Of a DNA stretch of 64,000 bases, positions 26,912 to 44,254 are shown one piece after another. The DNA is from the human T2T-CHM13v2.0 reference genome, Homo sapiens, in the NCBI RefSeq assembly GCF_009914755.1, contig NC_060937.1; one strand, given 5' to 3'. The notes under the pieces are model-generated. The model was given only the letters and a program-made list of their open reading frames with translations, searched no databases and was not told where the DNA came from. Every line of letters starts with the position of its first letter. Positions within the stretch are counted from its first letter, which is position 1. Both the position numbers and the translations under genes were made by a program.

Positions 26912-29877
26912 TTCAAGGAATGAAAAACAGAACACTATAAAGAATAAAAACAAGCTTAAGTCATATATCAGAAAATACCAAAATATCATTTTTTCTTAAG
27001 ATACAACATTTCCAGTGAAAAGAGAATAAAAACCAAATGCAACATATTTATATAAAAAATACAAATATTGAGTAAAATCCAGCTTCTTCATTTGCATATT
27101 TCTGTAAATACAACTTGACACCTATCAATGTTGAGGATTTCTGATTTTACAAAAAAGAAAAAGAAATTTGCCATTTAGACTGGCAATCTCTTGTCAGACA
27201 ATATTTTACTCATCTCTTGCCAGTGAAAGCCATGAAATAACTAATTTTTAAAATGCACTTAAACAGGAAAGATACTCTCTTGTAAAAGACTGAAGATTGC
27301 TATTATAGTTAAGGTAAGGAAAAAAGTTAAACAGAGGTTGTTTTCAAACCAGGCTGCTACTTCAAAAGTGAAGGGTTTACTCTTCACTATCAGCGACACA
27401 CAGATTATCTGTAGGCATTTTGAATCTTGTTTTTATGTTTCATGAAAACAACTACAGCATCTCACTTAACTGTTTGCCTTGTTGACATCCTATTCTGAAT
27501 TTATTCCTATTTCACATGCAGCAGGGAAGTGAGGAGAAATCTGAGAGTTTTACTTGGGCTGACATTGAGATGCATGGAGAGAGACTGTTCATAAGGCACT
27601 CCTCTTTAATACTTCACAGAGGGCCTTCAATATTTTGTTTGAAGTAAGTTTTCAACAATATCCATATTCAAAAGTATAGCCACAAAGATATTCTAAAGCC
27701 AATATAAATGGTTTCAGATTATTCATACTGCTATCACCTTTAATCATTGTGAAGAATAAAATCACTGTTCATCAAACTGCCTCACACCAAAATAGGCAAA
27801 GTAATTTTAAATTATGTTAATATAACAAAAAGACTTTGTTACACTTAATATGCTTATATTATGACCCACTATAAAATTTAAGAAACACAAATCCATGTAA
27901 ATCAGTAAGTTCTCTGATCTACATAATTAATAATAAAAAATAGCTATTTAAAATGTATTACCTTTAACATAATTATAACTAGAATAGTGTGACTCATAGA
28001 TGGTCTAAAGTCAACTATTTCTAGACCCACTATATAACTCTCTTCTAAACTACAGAATATGAACTATTCAAATAGAATTTATGCCTACTCATGTATTTTA
28101 TATATAAACTAATTCTCTATAAAACAAAACTTATTAAAGTTCCGTGTAAAGAGGCATTAAACCAAATCACTTCATCTATTACAATCTTTTAAGTCACTGT
28201 GGGAATTTCTCAACAACAATAAAATGAGAGTTGGGCAATGGCCTTCTGAAAACCAGATTATACATTATATCTCACAAAACATGTCAAAAACAAGAAAAGT
28301 GGGACAGGGTACAGGGAAAGAAAACTGAGACACCTGACAACCAAAGAAACAATATAAGAATTAAAAGAAAGCTAACAAAAGTACTTACTAAAAAGATTAA
28401 AAATTAAATATGCATAAAACATCTCCCTGTTTTCTTAAAAATTTGCAAACTCAACATACTGTTGTATTAACAGGTGTCACTCACAAAGCAATAATCTCAA
28501 GTGTTTCACCCTCACCCCTACTATTTTCAGCAATATTATTTTTAAAGATAGGGGTATGAATATCACTTCCTATTTCCACTGGAAAAGATGTTCAAGATAA
28601 AAAGTGATATTGAGTAGGCAGGTCTGTAGTCTTGACAGAGGTTTATTGAGATCCATAGCTTTCTACAAAAATGAAAAAATTTCTCATCATCAGTGTAAGA
28701 AGCAACCTAGAAAAAAATTATCAACTGATCTATAAATGATTAATTTCCACGAACTAAAATCTGCACTATTTGTTCTATGCCTGTCAGCACAGTACCATCA
28801 GGCATTATGTGGTTTAACTATAAACTGCATTCATGGATAAATATGCACGTTTCTTCTTCATGAATAGAAATGACATAGAGATCAGTATGACATTTGTATC
28901 AGAAAAAAACTGCTTTAAAACAGCAACCGTAGTGTGCTAAATACTAAATCTACCTCTTAAAATTCTGTAACAGGAAATATTAAACTCTTCTAATTGCTTC
29001 AAGGAAAACTTCTAAGTATATTACCCTTCAGCATTTCCTAGTAGGGGTCTCAATATAGGAGAAAAGAAGAGATGAAGAGGTAATAAAACTTAATAAAAAT
29101 TAAAAAAAAAAAAAACAGAGGGAGAGGGAGAACAGGTTCCCAGAATTACAATGTTTAACCCGCCTTTAAATGTTCAAAAGCAGCTTAGACTTTGAAATTC
29201 AGTTACTACTTCCAGAAACACAGGATGAAACTGAAAGTGTGTAAAGTGGTTTCTGACATGTTGTTGGCTTTAATACAGAAGTAAATACAGTCAGTCACCT
29301 CATTGAGCAATAGAGGCAACAATCAGGTCTCAGATTTACCTCCTGGCCAAAAGGAACAAAGCGCTCTCAAGTATTTTTCCCAAAGACTGATCTCCTACTC
29401 TTCCTTTGTTTTGTTTAAAGTTATTACCTTTCTTCCCAGATGTGCTCGTAGAAAGGGAAAGACAAATGCATCATGAATTATAATGGAATTAATCTTGGAA
29501 TTATTACCCTTATGATCTGGAATAAACATACCAGATCATAAGAGCAATCTTACCTGATGCATACTCCTTGAGTATAGGGACCGTTTCTTATATATCATAT
29601 TTATTCCAGCATGGGATAGACTGAGCACTCAATAAATCATTTTAGAATGAAACTAAGTCCCCTTCTATTGTTACATATAAGAGGTTATAGTCACTTAGAA
29701 ATAATATTTAGGTCTGCTGATAACCAGGCTTGTGGCCTTTATATATGCAGAAATAAACACAAAGAGATGACAGATCTCCACACCATTACTGAACCTGTCT
29801 CAACCTTCAAGCTAGAAACTTCAATTGCAATTTCAGAACTGTTATTTGCCCATACTGAATCAAAGATAATAAAACCA

Positions 29878-30156
29878 AAGACAGGGTCTTACTCTGTCGC
29901 CCAGGCTGGAGTACAGTGACACAATCATGTCTCACTGCCACCTCAACCTCTTGGGCTCAAGCAATCCTCCTGCCTCAGCCTTCCTAGTAACTGGGACTAC
30001 AAGCATGTGTCACCACATTCAGCTAATTTTAACTTTTGTAGAGATCGGGTCTCACTACGTTGCCCAGGCCAGTCCAAACTCCTGGCCTCAAGCAAATCCT
30101 CTCACCTTAGCTTCCAAAAGTGCTGGGATTACAGGTGTAAGCCACTATGCCTGGCC
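29878..30156 (-). mobile_element. AluJ
   Basis: Diverged Alu consensus. Confidence 0.88.
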
Positions 30157-30579
30157 AAGTCAGCCTTTATTAAAGGGCACACTGTATTCTTGATACTGCA
30201 CTAGGTATGAGAAATACAAAACTGAATAAAATATGTTCTCTGCCCTTGAAAAGATCACAGACCAGTGGTTGAAACAAATGTCGAACAAAATTATTTCCAT
30301 AATGCAATAAATGCTATACTCATGGTGCTCTGGGAACAGAAGGTACAATATCTACCTCTCTTGGGAACTTCAAAGCATCTGCTGTCTGACCTGAGTCTTT
30401 CTTTCTAAGCAGGAGGGCATATGCACAAAGACATTAAATGTAAAAGAAATGGCCTGTGCTGAGCAACAGAGAAAGCTGTATCAGAGATAAAACCAAACAG
30501 GTAAGAAAGGGCTTGATCTTGAAAAACCACATATGTAATGCCATGGGCAATGGGAGGGCATAAAAGGACTAAGCATGTG

Positions 30580-31365
30580 TAGTAAAGAGAGTAATCCTAC
30601 CCTTGCCCACCAAAAGATCTGCACATCTTAAACTCAGAACATATGAATATATTACCTCATGTAGCAAAGGAGAAATTCAGATTGCAGATGGAATTAAGGT
30701 TGCTAATCAGATGATTTTAAGATAGGAAAATTACCCTAGTTTATCCAGGTGGTTCCAATCTAATCATGTAATTCTTAATTTCCCAGCTTGGTTAGAGAGA
30801 TGAGATGAAAGAAAGAGAGTCAAAGCATAAAAAGGGATGGGCACCCTGGCTCACGCCTGTAATCCCAACACTTTGGGAGGCTGAGGTGGGTGGATCACTT
30901 GAGGCCAGGAGTTTGAGATCAGCCTGGCCAACACGGAGAAACCCCGTTTCTACTAAAAATACAAAAATAGCCGGGTGTGGTGGTGAGTGCCTGTAATCCC
31001 AGCTACTTGGGAGGCTGAGGCAGGAGAATCCCTTGAACCCAGGAGGCAGAGAATGCAGTGAGCCAAGATGGTGCCTGGGCTCCATCTTGCCCAGGCAACA
31101 AGTGCAAGATGGTTGCCCACTGCACTCCAGCCTGGGCAACAGAGCAAGGCTCTGTCTCAAAAAAAAAAAAAAAAAGAGCATAAAAGGGACTCATCTTGCC
31201 TTTACTGGTTTTGAAAATGAAGGAGGCCAAAGAAGAGCCAAAAAATGTAGGTGGACTGAAAAACCTGGGAATGGCCGTCAACTGAACAGCTAGAAAAGAA
31301 GTAAGAATCTTAATCCCACAACCACAAGAAATTGGGTTCTGCCAATAACCCAAATGGACAAGCAA
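30580..31365 (+). mobile_element. MLT1-type MaLR LTR interrupted by an Alu
   Basis: GATTGCAGATGGAATTAAGGTTGCTAATCAG and ATCCAGGTGGTTCCAATCTAATCA are MLT1 motifs. Confidence 0.75.
30835..31175 (+). mobile_element. AluS with ~43-bp non-consensus insertion in right arm
   Basis: Alu consensus, poly-A, degenerate TSD AGCATAAAA(A)GGGA. Confidence 0.9.
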
Positions 31366-32863
31366 ATTGAGTTGAGTCTCTTATTCATAAACACTAGATG
31401 TCTCCATTTATTTGGATCTTCTTTAACTCCTTTCATCGTTATTTTGTAGTTTTCAGCATAAAAGTCCTATGGGTAATTCATTAGAATTACAATTATTTTT
31501 TGAGCAATTATGAATGGTATTGTGTTTTTAATTTCATTTTCTACAAGTACATTGCTAGTACATAGAAATACAATTTTATATTTTTATCTTGAATGCTGCA
31601 ACCTTGCTGAACTCAGTGATAAGTTCTAGGAGTTTTTGATAGATTTCTTGAGATTCTCTATGTAAACAATCATGTCATCTGCAAATAGGGACAGTTTTAT
31701 TTCTACCTTTCTGACCTGCATGCCTTTATTTCCTTTTCTTGCTTCAGTGTTCTACCTAGAACTTCCCTATGGTGTAAAACAAGCGTCCTGAAAGCAGGCA
31801 TCCTTGCCTTGTTCTCAATCTATCTTAGAGGGAAAGCATTTAGTCTTTCATCAGTAAATAGAATATTAACTATAGGATTTTTGTAGATCTCTTTACCAAG
31901 TTAAGAAAGTTCCCCTCTGTATTAGTTTCCTGGGGCTGCAGGAAACTGAGGAGTTTAAAACCACAAATATATTATCTTGTAGTTCTGGAAGCAAGGTGTT
32001 CAAAATCAAAGTGTCAGCAGGGCTGCTGCCTGGGACTCTGGGTAGAATCCTTCACTGCCTGTTCCTAGCTTCTGATGGAAGCTGCCAATCCTTCCAGTCA
32101 TCAGATGGGACTCTTCCTGTATCTCTGCCTTTTTCTTTTAAGGACACAAGTCATACTGGATCAAGACTTTACCCTACTCCTTTATGACCTCATCTTAATT
32201 AATTACACTGCAATGACTCTGTTTCCAAAAAGGGCCACATTCTGCAGAGTGTTAAGAATGTAAATACATCTTTCTAGGGACACAACTGAATTCACCCTCT
32301 ATTCCTACTTTTCTGAGAGTTTTCATTATGAACAAGTGTTGAATTTTGTCAAATGCTATTTCTGCATTGATTCAAATGATCAAGTGACTTTTCCTCTTTT
32401 GCTTGTCAATATAATGCACTATATAAGGATTTTTGTATCTATACTCATGATGAACATTGGTTTGTAAGTTTGAGGGTTTTGGTTTTGTTTTGTTCTATCT
32501 TGGTACTGTATTGGTCTGGTTTTGCTATCAGGTAATTCAAGCCTCATTTTAAAAAAAAATTAATTGCTGTCTGCTCTGCTATTTTCTGGAACAGACTATG
32601 GAAAATTGGCATTAATTCTTCTTTAAGTTTGTGGTAAAATTCTCCAGTGAAATCACCTGCACCTGAAGATCTTTTGGTGGGGAGAAGGAACTTAATTATC
32701 TTAATAGTCAGAGGGCCATCCAAATTATATATTGGGTGTGTTGTAGTTTTTCAAAGAACTGATCTAGTTCATCTAAGTTGTTGAGTTGTATATTTAAAGT
32801 TGTTCAAAGTATTCCCTTATTATCCTGTTGATGTCTTGGTAATATATCTTGTTTAGTTCATGA

Positions 32864-33217
<354 letters not shown>

Positions 33218-33293
33218 TAGTTCTCAGGAATTTGACTATGATATGTCTGTGTGTGAATTTCTTTGAGTTTATCCTGTTTGTGATTCAGTTTAG

Positions 33294-33704
<411 letters not shown>

Positions 33705-36700
33705 TGACAAGAATGTTAGATCTTTGGTTATAGACCCATAATTCCCTGAGACTCTGTATGTATTTTTTCCCAATCTATTTTTTCCTGGTGGTCCAGACTA
33801 TATACTTTCTATCATTCTATAGTCCAGTTCACTAATTCTCTCCTTTCAGCCTCATGTTTCGCTTTTGAGGCCCTCCAGTAAGCTTTTTACTTCAGTTATT
33901 GTATTTTTCACTTCTAAGATTTACATTTGGTTCTTTAAAAGAAGAAATAGTTTCCTGTATTTCTTTGCTGAGACTTTCTATTTTTTTTCTTTTGTCAGCA
34001 CATTCCTATTTGCCTATTGTAACACTTTTATGATGACTGCTTTTTAAAAGATTCTTGTCAGATAATTCTACCATCTCTGTCATATCAGTGTGTCATCTAT
34101 TGTCTTTTTTCATTCAGTTTGTGATTTTCCTGCTTCTTGGTATGACCATATTTTTTATACTGAAGGCTGAAAATTTGGGATATCGTGTTATAAGATTCTA
34201 AATCTTATATAAACCTCTTATTTCAGTAAGCTTCCTATGACACAGCTCCAGTGGAAGAAGAGAAAGTACCACCTCATTACTGCAAGGTGGAAACAGAAGT
34301 CCAAGAGAGATTCTTTGTTACCACTTGACATGGATGGGAATCTAGGTACTCCCTGATGGAGAGAAGGAGGACTGCCTCATTATGCTCACCATGTAACCTA
34401 CAATAGCACCATGGAAGGGGGATGTGGACGTCTGTTATCACTGGGTGGTTGTGAAAGCCCTGACTCTATTGGCTTCTTTGGACATAATGCCAGTGGGGAG
34501 GGGGAAGAATGCCTCATTAATGCCATCTGTGGGTAGAAATCCAGGCTACCCACTTTGCTTTTTGATAGTGTGGTGGGGGATGGGGCCACATATTTTTTTC
34601 TGCGATATTTAGCAGAAATACAAAGCAGTTATTGCCAACATTTTCTGTCTTGTTTGCTGCCATTTTTGTGGTCCTTTGGTTTCAGAGAGAAGGCTTTTGT
34701 TGGGACTTCTTTGTTCTGTGCCCACTGTCACTTCTGGGTTACTGACTTCTTCACCTCCAAATCTGACAAAAAGGCAGAAAGACAACCCAGCAAACTCACC
34801 GCCATATTGTTTCTTAAATCTCAAGGTTCCTAGCCTGTCTTCTTATATTTGTTTCACATATAATGTCCAGTATTTCTAGTTGTGCTTAGCAAAAAAAAAA
34901 AAAAAAAAAAGGAAATAGTAGATTTAGTCTATCTTTCAAACACAAGTCTGAAACATCCACTGTTAGAGTGTGAGAACAGGCAGAAGCTCCCACCAAGAAA
35001 ATGAGAAAAAGGCAGTGACAGTGGTAAGAGGAGAACCAAGTAAACCTGACATAACAAATCCAAAGGAAAGAAGAAGTTTCAAAAAGAGAAGAGTCAAGAG
35101 TCAAGTGCTAAAATGAGGTCAAAGAAAATAAGGGCTAAAAAGAACTATAAAGAAATGAATTCAACAACAATTTATAAATAATTCTGTAGAAGTGAAATCC
35201 TGATTGCAAAAGAATTAAAACAGAAAAGGGGTAGTAAGAACAAAGAAAAAAACATAATTTGGGATTAAAGAGTTGATGGAAGAAATTTGTAGGAGGACTG
35301 AGATGAGGACAATTTAAAAAAAAACTGTGTGCCATAAACACTATTACAAAAATAAACAGAGAATATTAGAGGAGCAATGAAGATGGCTACCACACTTAGC
35401 TAGGGCCTAGGAACAAAACCAAACTTAAAGAAAAAACTATGCCTACAATCTTGAAGTGGAATGATGCTCATATATCTTAAGTTTAAAAAGCAGAAATGGT
35501 ATATAAGGCATTTTCTATTATTATTCTTAAATGTTTTTGTTCACATATAAGAAATGTATGTACATATGTGTAGCTATACAAACATTCTTAATCATCCTCC
35601 ACCTAGTCAGCTAATTCAAGGCTTGAGTTCTACTCTCTTATACATCCCCACACACTGCTCCCACCAGAACCAGTTGGGTTTCTTTCCAAATCCATTCCTG
35701 ACAGTTGTACCTACTATTGTATTTATATAATTAATATTATATAAACAGATAACACATAATTGGGGAAAGGGGTACTTTTTCTATGAAAACTAAGCGTAAT
35801 GATTTGGAAAGCTAAAAATAGATTACTTTTTAAATTGCTGTAGAAGTAAATGTGGGCACAACTATATATTAAAGGGAAATCGTAGTACCAAAAAAAATTT
35901 TTTTAGCAGAAGAATACTTCTGCATTCAGATTGCTCTGCCAGAGCCTTTATGATCCTGTTCTTCTTTAAAGCACCAATATCAGGAAGACAACGCATTATG
36001 AGTATGCTTTATGCAATCAGCCTTTGCCCACTCCAAGAAAAGGTCTGGGCTCCATATGAAATGTCTACAGAAAAAAATGTTTATGCTTTAGATTGAAAAA
36101 AAAAATGTTTGGGGTATATTTGAATCATTTATTTGATTATTACATGCTTTAAGCAATTTTTTTAACCAACCAACCAACGGTATTAGACAGGAAGACTTCC
36201 TCTGTAGACAAAGTGTCTCTCTCTCTCTCTCCTCCAAGAAGTTAGTGTCTATTTAAGTAGATAATATTATACATTTTTCTTGATTTTGCTTTTGCATATT
36301 TTCTTATTGTCCTATAATGATCTTATCTTTTTTGTAATAAGAAAAATATTTTTAATTACCCAAAAGAATAATCTTACATGAATGCCTAGGGAAACACAAA
36401 TCTAGATGGTTTAAAATCAATACACAAAGCTTCTTAAAAGGAGAAAAAATACATTACTGCTCACATGTGACAAACTAACAAATTTTGTACCTTAAACTTG
36501 GAAGGTCAGCTTTAATACTGTATAATATCTAGATCCAATTTACATTCTTCTGTCAGAGTAATATATCACCAATGCTGAATATAATTATAGCTTATTTTAA
36601 GCTTTCATTTTCACCTACCTTTACCAAGGTGACTAAATACTTAAAATGAACAGTTCTAGGAGGGAGTACAAAGCACTTAGCATGCCCTGTGGGGCAAGAC

Positions 36701-38267
36701 AAACATACACCTACATGCCATTCAATGGCCCATCCACCCAAATTACACTAAATTACAGAGCAAGGCTGGGAATTCAGGAACTATTATAAATAATGTTCAG
36801 ATTGTAAAATCTACTAACCTTCAAAATACAACCACTAATATGTATATTTTCTTGAAATATACTTCTTAAAGAAACTGTATATTTAAAAACAATCATTTAT
36901 TCCCACTTTTCATATCAGATAAGATAACACAGTAATAAATGTAGTATTCTCCTAGTTTCTTTTTGGCTATAACATACTGAAAGGCATAAAATATCTAGAG
37001 AAAGCATTCCAAATAAAATGAAAATAAAACCAGGTTAACAGGAATGATAAAAAAACAAAGCACAAGAAACAAGAGTTCTTGACCTTTAGATGAAAAAACA
37101 GTAAAACAAGTATGGATTTTAAAACATAGATACTGGTATGTGCTCTAATCAAAACTTAAGTCCACTATTAAAAGGAACATATTATAAAAAAGGAAATATC
37201 TTATTTGGAATGTGTTAAATATTAGTACACTAATATTTAACTAAAGGGCACTACCAGTACCAGTAAGTAGTTTCTTAGTATCAAATTAAACATCATTAGT
37301 TCAAGAAAGCACTAAATTATTCATTTTAAATATAGACTAATTTGCCAACAATATATGTGGAAAAGACGTTATGGTCACATTTCAGGCTTTTCGCCGCTTG
37401 TCCCCACCCTAAATACTTGTCACTACTACCCAATGCTGGTCAGAGCAGTCCTAATTATTAAAACCCATGATCTTCCCTTGATTCTATAAATTTCATTGCT
37501 ACTTTTGTGTGGCAATGCACTCATAATGCTCCCCTCCACAGAACTGCCTTTGTAACAACTGAAACAATTTCAGCTTTCAAGGCCAATTCACATTTCCTTC
37601 TTCTTTGAACTCTCGCTGATTTGATTTCTCCATGTGTTCACCAAGTTCCATTCACTTGACCTCAGATACCCCTCAAGTTAGTTCCCATTTCTCTCCTTTC
37701 TTTTATAGCAAAAGGTCTCAAAAAATTTCATCACAAGCATGGTCAGCACTTCTTGCCATCCATTCACTCAATCTCATTTCAGTCTGGCTTCTACCACCAA
37801 GACTCCAAAAAAATCTATTTTCTAAAAGGACGCCAACAACCTTCCTCTTGCCAGTTCCAATAATATCATCTTGCCCCACCTCATAGCAGCACGCTATGCA
37901 GTTTGTCACTCCCTTATTTTGAAACACTCTTCCTTTAGGTCCAGAAACCAGCATTTGGGGTTCTCCTCCCCACTGGCTACTCCTCAGTCTGTGTTTCTGC
38001 CTCCTCTTCCCTTTCTGGATCACCTATTTCTGGACACTTTCTGAACCCGGAGTCCTTCAGAACTTGTTCTGACCGCTCACCTGTATCTTTAGCTTCCTTC
38101 TCCATACAACCTGCCCACACTGGGATTGCATCCATTCTCAGGACTTAAATATCTCCACTCCACATATGTAAGCTCCAGACTCACACATCTAGGGGTTTGC
38201 TTGATGTCTCAAATTGTGATACTCTTTTAAACATGTCAAACTTAACATGTTAAAAAGGGATATTTTT

Positions 38268-38645
<378 letters not shown>

Positions 38646-38885
38646 TCAAGTAAAAAAAAAAACTGTTATTCTCGATTCCTCCTTTTCATTCACATCCTAC
38701 ATCCAATCCACCAACAGGTCCTACAGTTTCCACCTCCAATTTATCTGCAACATTCACCCACCCCTTGGCCCACCACTGCTACAATCCTTATACAAGCCAC
38801 CCTCCTAATTCATGTGACTACTGCCAGAGCCTCCTATCTCACACCTTCTTGTCCACTCTCTCCTCCCTTCAATCAATTCTCCCTA

Positions 38886-39264
38886 ATATGATTTGGGTCT
38901 CTGTCACCACCCAAATCTCACCTCAAATTATAATCCCCATAATCCCCACATGTCAAGGGCAGTACCAGGTGGAGGTAATGGGATCATGGGTGTGGTTTCC
39001 CCTATGCTAGTCTCTTGAAAGTGAGTGAGTTCTCACAAGATCTGATGGCTTTATAAGGGGAATTTGGCATTTGCCCTGCTTCCACTCACTCCATCCTGCC
39101 ACCCTGTGAAGAAGGTGCCTGCTTCTCCTTTGCTTTCTGCCATGATTGTAAGTTTCCTGAGGCCTCCCCAGTAAAGCAGAACTGTGGGTCAATTAAACCT
39201 CTTTCCTTTATAAATTACCCGGTCTCAGGCAGTTCTTTATAGCAGCCTGAGAACACACTAATAC
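38886..39264 (+). mobile_element. THE1/MSTA-type MaLR solo LTR
   Basis: TATGATTTGGGTCTCTGTCACCACCCAAATCTC ... GGCAGTTCTTTATAGCAG..CTAATACA. Confidence 0.88.
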
Positions 39265-40493
39265 ACTTCCTGTGGCAGTTAAAGTGATCCTTTTAGAAAG
39301 TTAAGCCAGAATAGCTCATCTCCTGCTTGAAACTCTTCAACAGACTCCACTTCCACAGAATGAAAATCCAATAACCCTACCACGAGCTTTATGGCCATGA
39401 CCTTCCGCATGGCCTGGCCACTGCCCACCTTCTCTGACAGCCTTTTGGATTCCACCATCCTCTCCTCTCTCCATCCCTCTGCCACACGGTTTTTCCACCT
39501 CATGTTCAGTACTACTGCCCACTCTTCTCTAAACTAGTTCCTTGTCCTTTGGTGTCAAACTCCACCACCTCAGAAAGACTTTCTATAATCAGCTAAATCA
39601 AAAAACCTCTCCATTAATTACTCTCAGTCCTCATTTTTTCTTCACTGAACTGATTATACCTTTTTGTTTTATTTATTTGTGTTCTAGGTTTCTCTCTCCT
39701 ATATGCTTCTCATTTACTGTGGTACCTAGCATAGCCCTTGGAATACTTGTTGCATATATAGATTACAAAATCCTGTGCTATATTTTAGTGGCATGTTATC
39801 CATGTCACATACTTAGGAACTTAAGAGCTTTATTCTTTCACATGTTAGATGTTTCTCTCTAAAAGGAATCGCAACAATTTAAGAAAAGAAATCCTTGCAC
39901 CTCATCTAGTATTCCAAACAGAGAATACATAAAAACACTTGAAATACCTGCTCTCCTGTCTTGCAAATGAGCAGTACAGGCTCATGTATTTTACTTTATT
40001 TCAAGCATTAATCTCCTTATTCTGTTTTTACTATTCAAATCCATTTAACATGTACTCTGATCTTCTCTCCTGAGTCCCATATTAAGGCTTCACAATGATA
40101 CAATACCGGGTCCCCTCCTCAGAAATTCATAGCACAGTGGAGAGAGCAGCCACACATATAGACTCAAGAGTACAAAGGCTCAAAACAAGTGCACAAGAAA
40201 TGTTTTTCTGATCTCTAAAGATGTGTTGTCCAATAGGGTAGCCTCTAGACACATGTGGCTATTTAAATTCTGAATTTAAATCCTAATCACACTAGCAATA
40301 TTTCAAGTGCTCAACAGCCACATGTGGTAAGTAGCTTCTGTAATGAACAAGACAGACATAGACCATTTTTGTCATTGTAGAAAGTTCTATCAGGCTTCTG
40401 TTCAAATGCGCTAAACTTCTACTTAGCCCTGCAGAGGGACTGCAGGTGATATCAGTGGCTCTAACATTCTTTTGGGTGTTTCTTTCATATTAT

Positions 40494-43246
<2,753 letters not shown>

Positions 43247-43956
43247 ATTATTATTTATGAAATTTAATATACAAGAAGCTGAAATAAACTGTACCTGTTC
43301 CTTTCAGACATATACTGCCCCTCTAATAAAAGAACTATTAATCCATCATCAATCTAATTGACGGAGTTTTACTCTTAAAAAGTTTTCTGAATGATAAAAA
43401 TTAAAACTTCTTCTATTGTCAATGTGATGCCTTCCTTTGTATTAAGGCCTTTCTTCATGTATAGATATGTAAGGGAATACCAAGATAAACATCATCATTT
43501 TAAAAATCTTTTACTTAACCGACTTGGCAATACTCTAAGACATAATAACAAGCCCAGAAAATTAATCTAAGGAATAAACTATACTGATTCTTTGTATGTA
43601 GAGTACTAATAACTAGAGGCTTTAGTATCTGCAGTTTAATAATTTCTCTCATTGAAAATATTTATCTTTCAACAGAAACCAAAGAAACCAAAATATTCAG
43701 TTAATAACTTCATACTGATAGCTGTAAAGCCATAAACACATAAGGTTTACATTCTCAGAAAACAGGCATTAACAATTAAAAAGAAAGAAAGTTTATTATA
43801 TTCTACCTTTATATCCATAAGAAACTGTAAAGTTTAATGAGTTTTTTTTTCCAAATTGTTTTGGTTTAACACTCTACCTTCTGTTGTTGTCTTTTAAACA
43901 GTAAACTGATAGTTTCAAATAATTAGGTTTGTTTTGTTTTGTTTTGCTTTGCTTTA

Positions 43957-44254
43957 AGAGGCAGGGACTCACTGTGTTGCCCATGCTAGAGTACAGTGGC
44001 TATTCACAAGCACAATCCCACTACTGTTCAGCATGGGAGTTTAATCTACTCTGTTTCTGACCTGGGCCAGTTCACCTCTCCTTGGGCAATTTGGTGATCT
44101 GCCGTGCTCAGGAGGTCACCATATTGATGCTGAACTTAGTGTGGACACCTGATTGGCACAGTGTACCACAGCCCAGAATTCCTGGACTCAAGAGATCCTC
44201 CTGCCTCAGCCTCCCAAGTAACCGGGACTACAGGCATGTGCCACCATGCCCAGC
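43957..44254 (-). pseudogene. Full-length 7SL (SRP RNA) processed pseudogene
   Basis: Reverse complement matches 7SL including the S domain absent from Alu (ACTAAGTTCAGCATCAATATGGTGACCTCC...CCCAGGTCAGAAAC); A-rich tail 43931-43956; 16-bp TSD TCAAATAATTAGGTTT at 43915-43930 and 44255-44270. Confidence 0.93.

Noticed and set aside
35680-36205. Possible Tigger-like transposase remnant
   Set aside because: Resemblance too weak to call without a Dfam search
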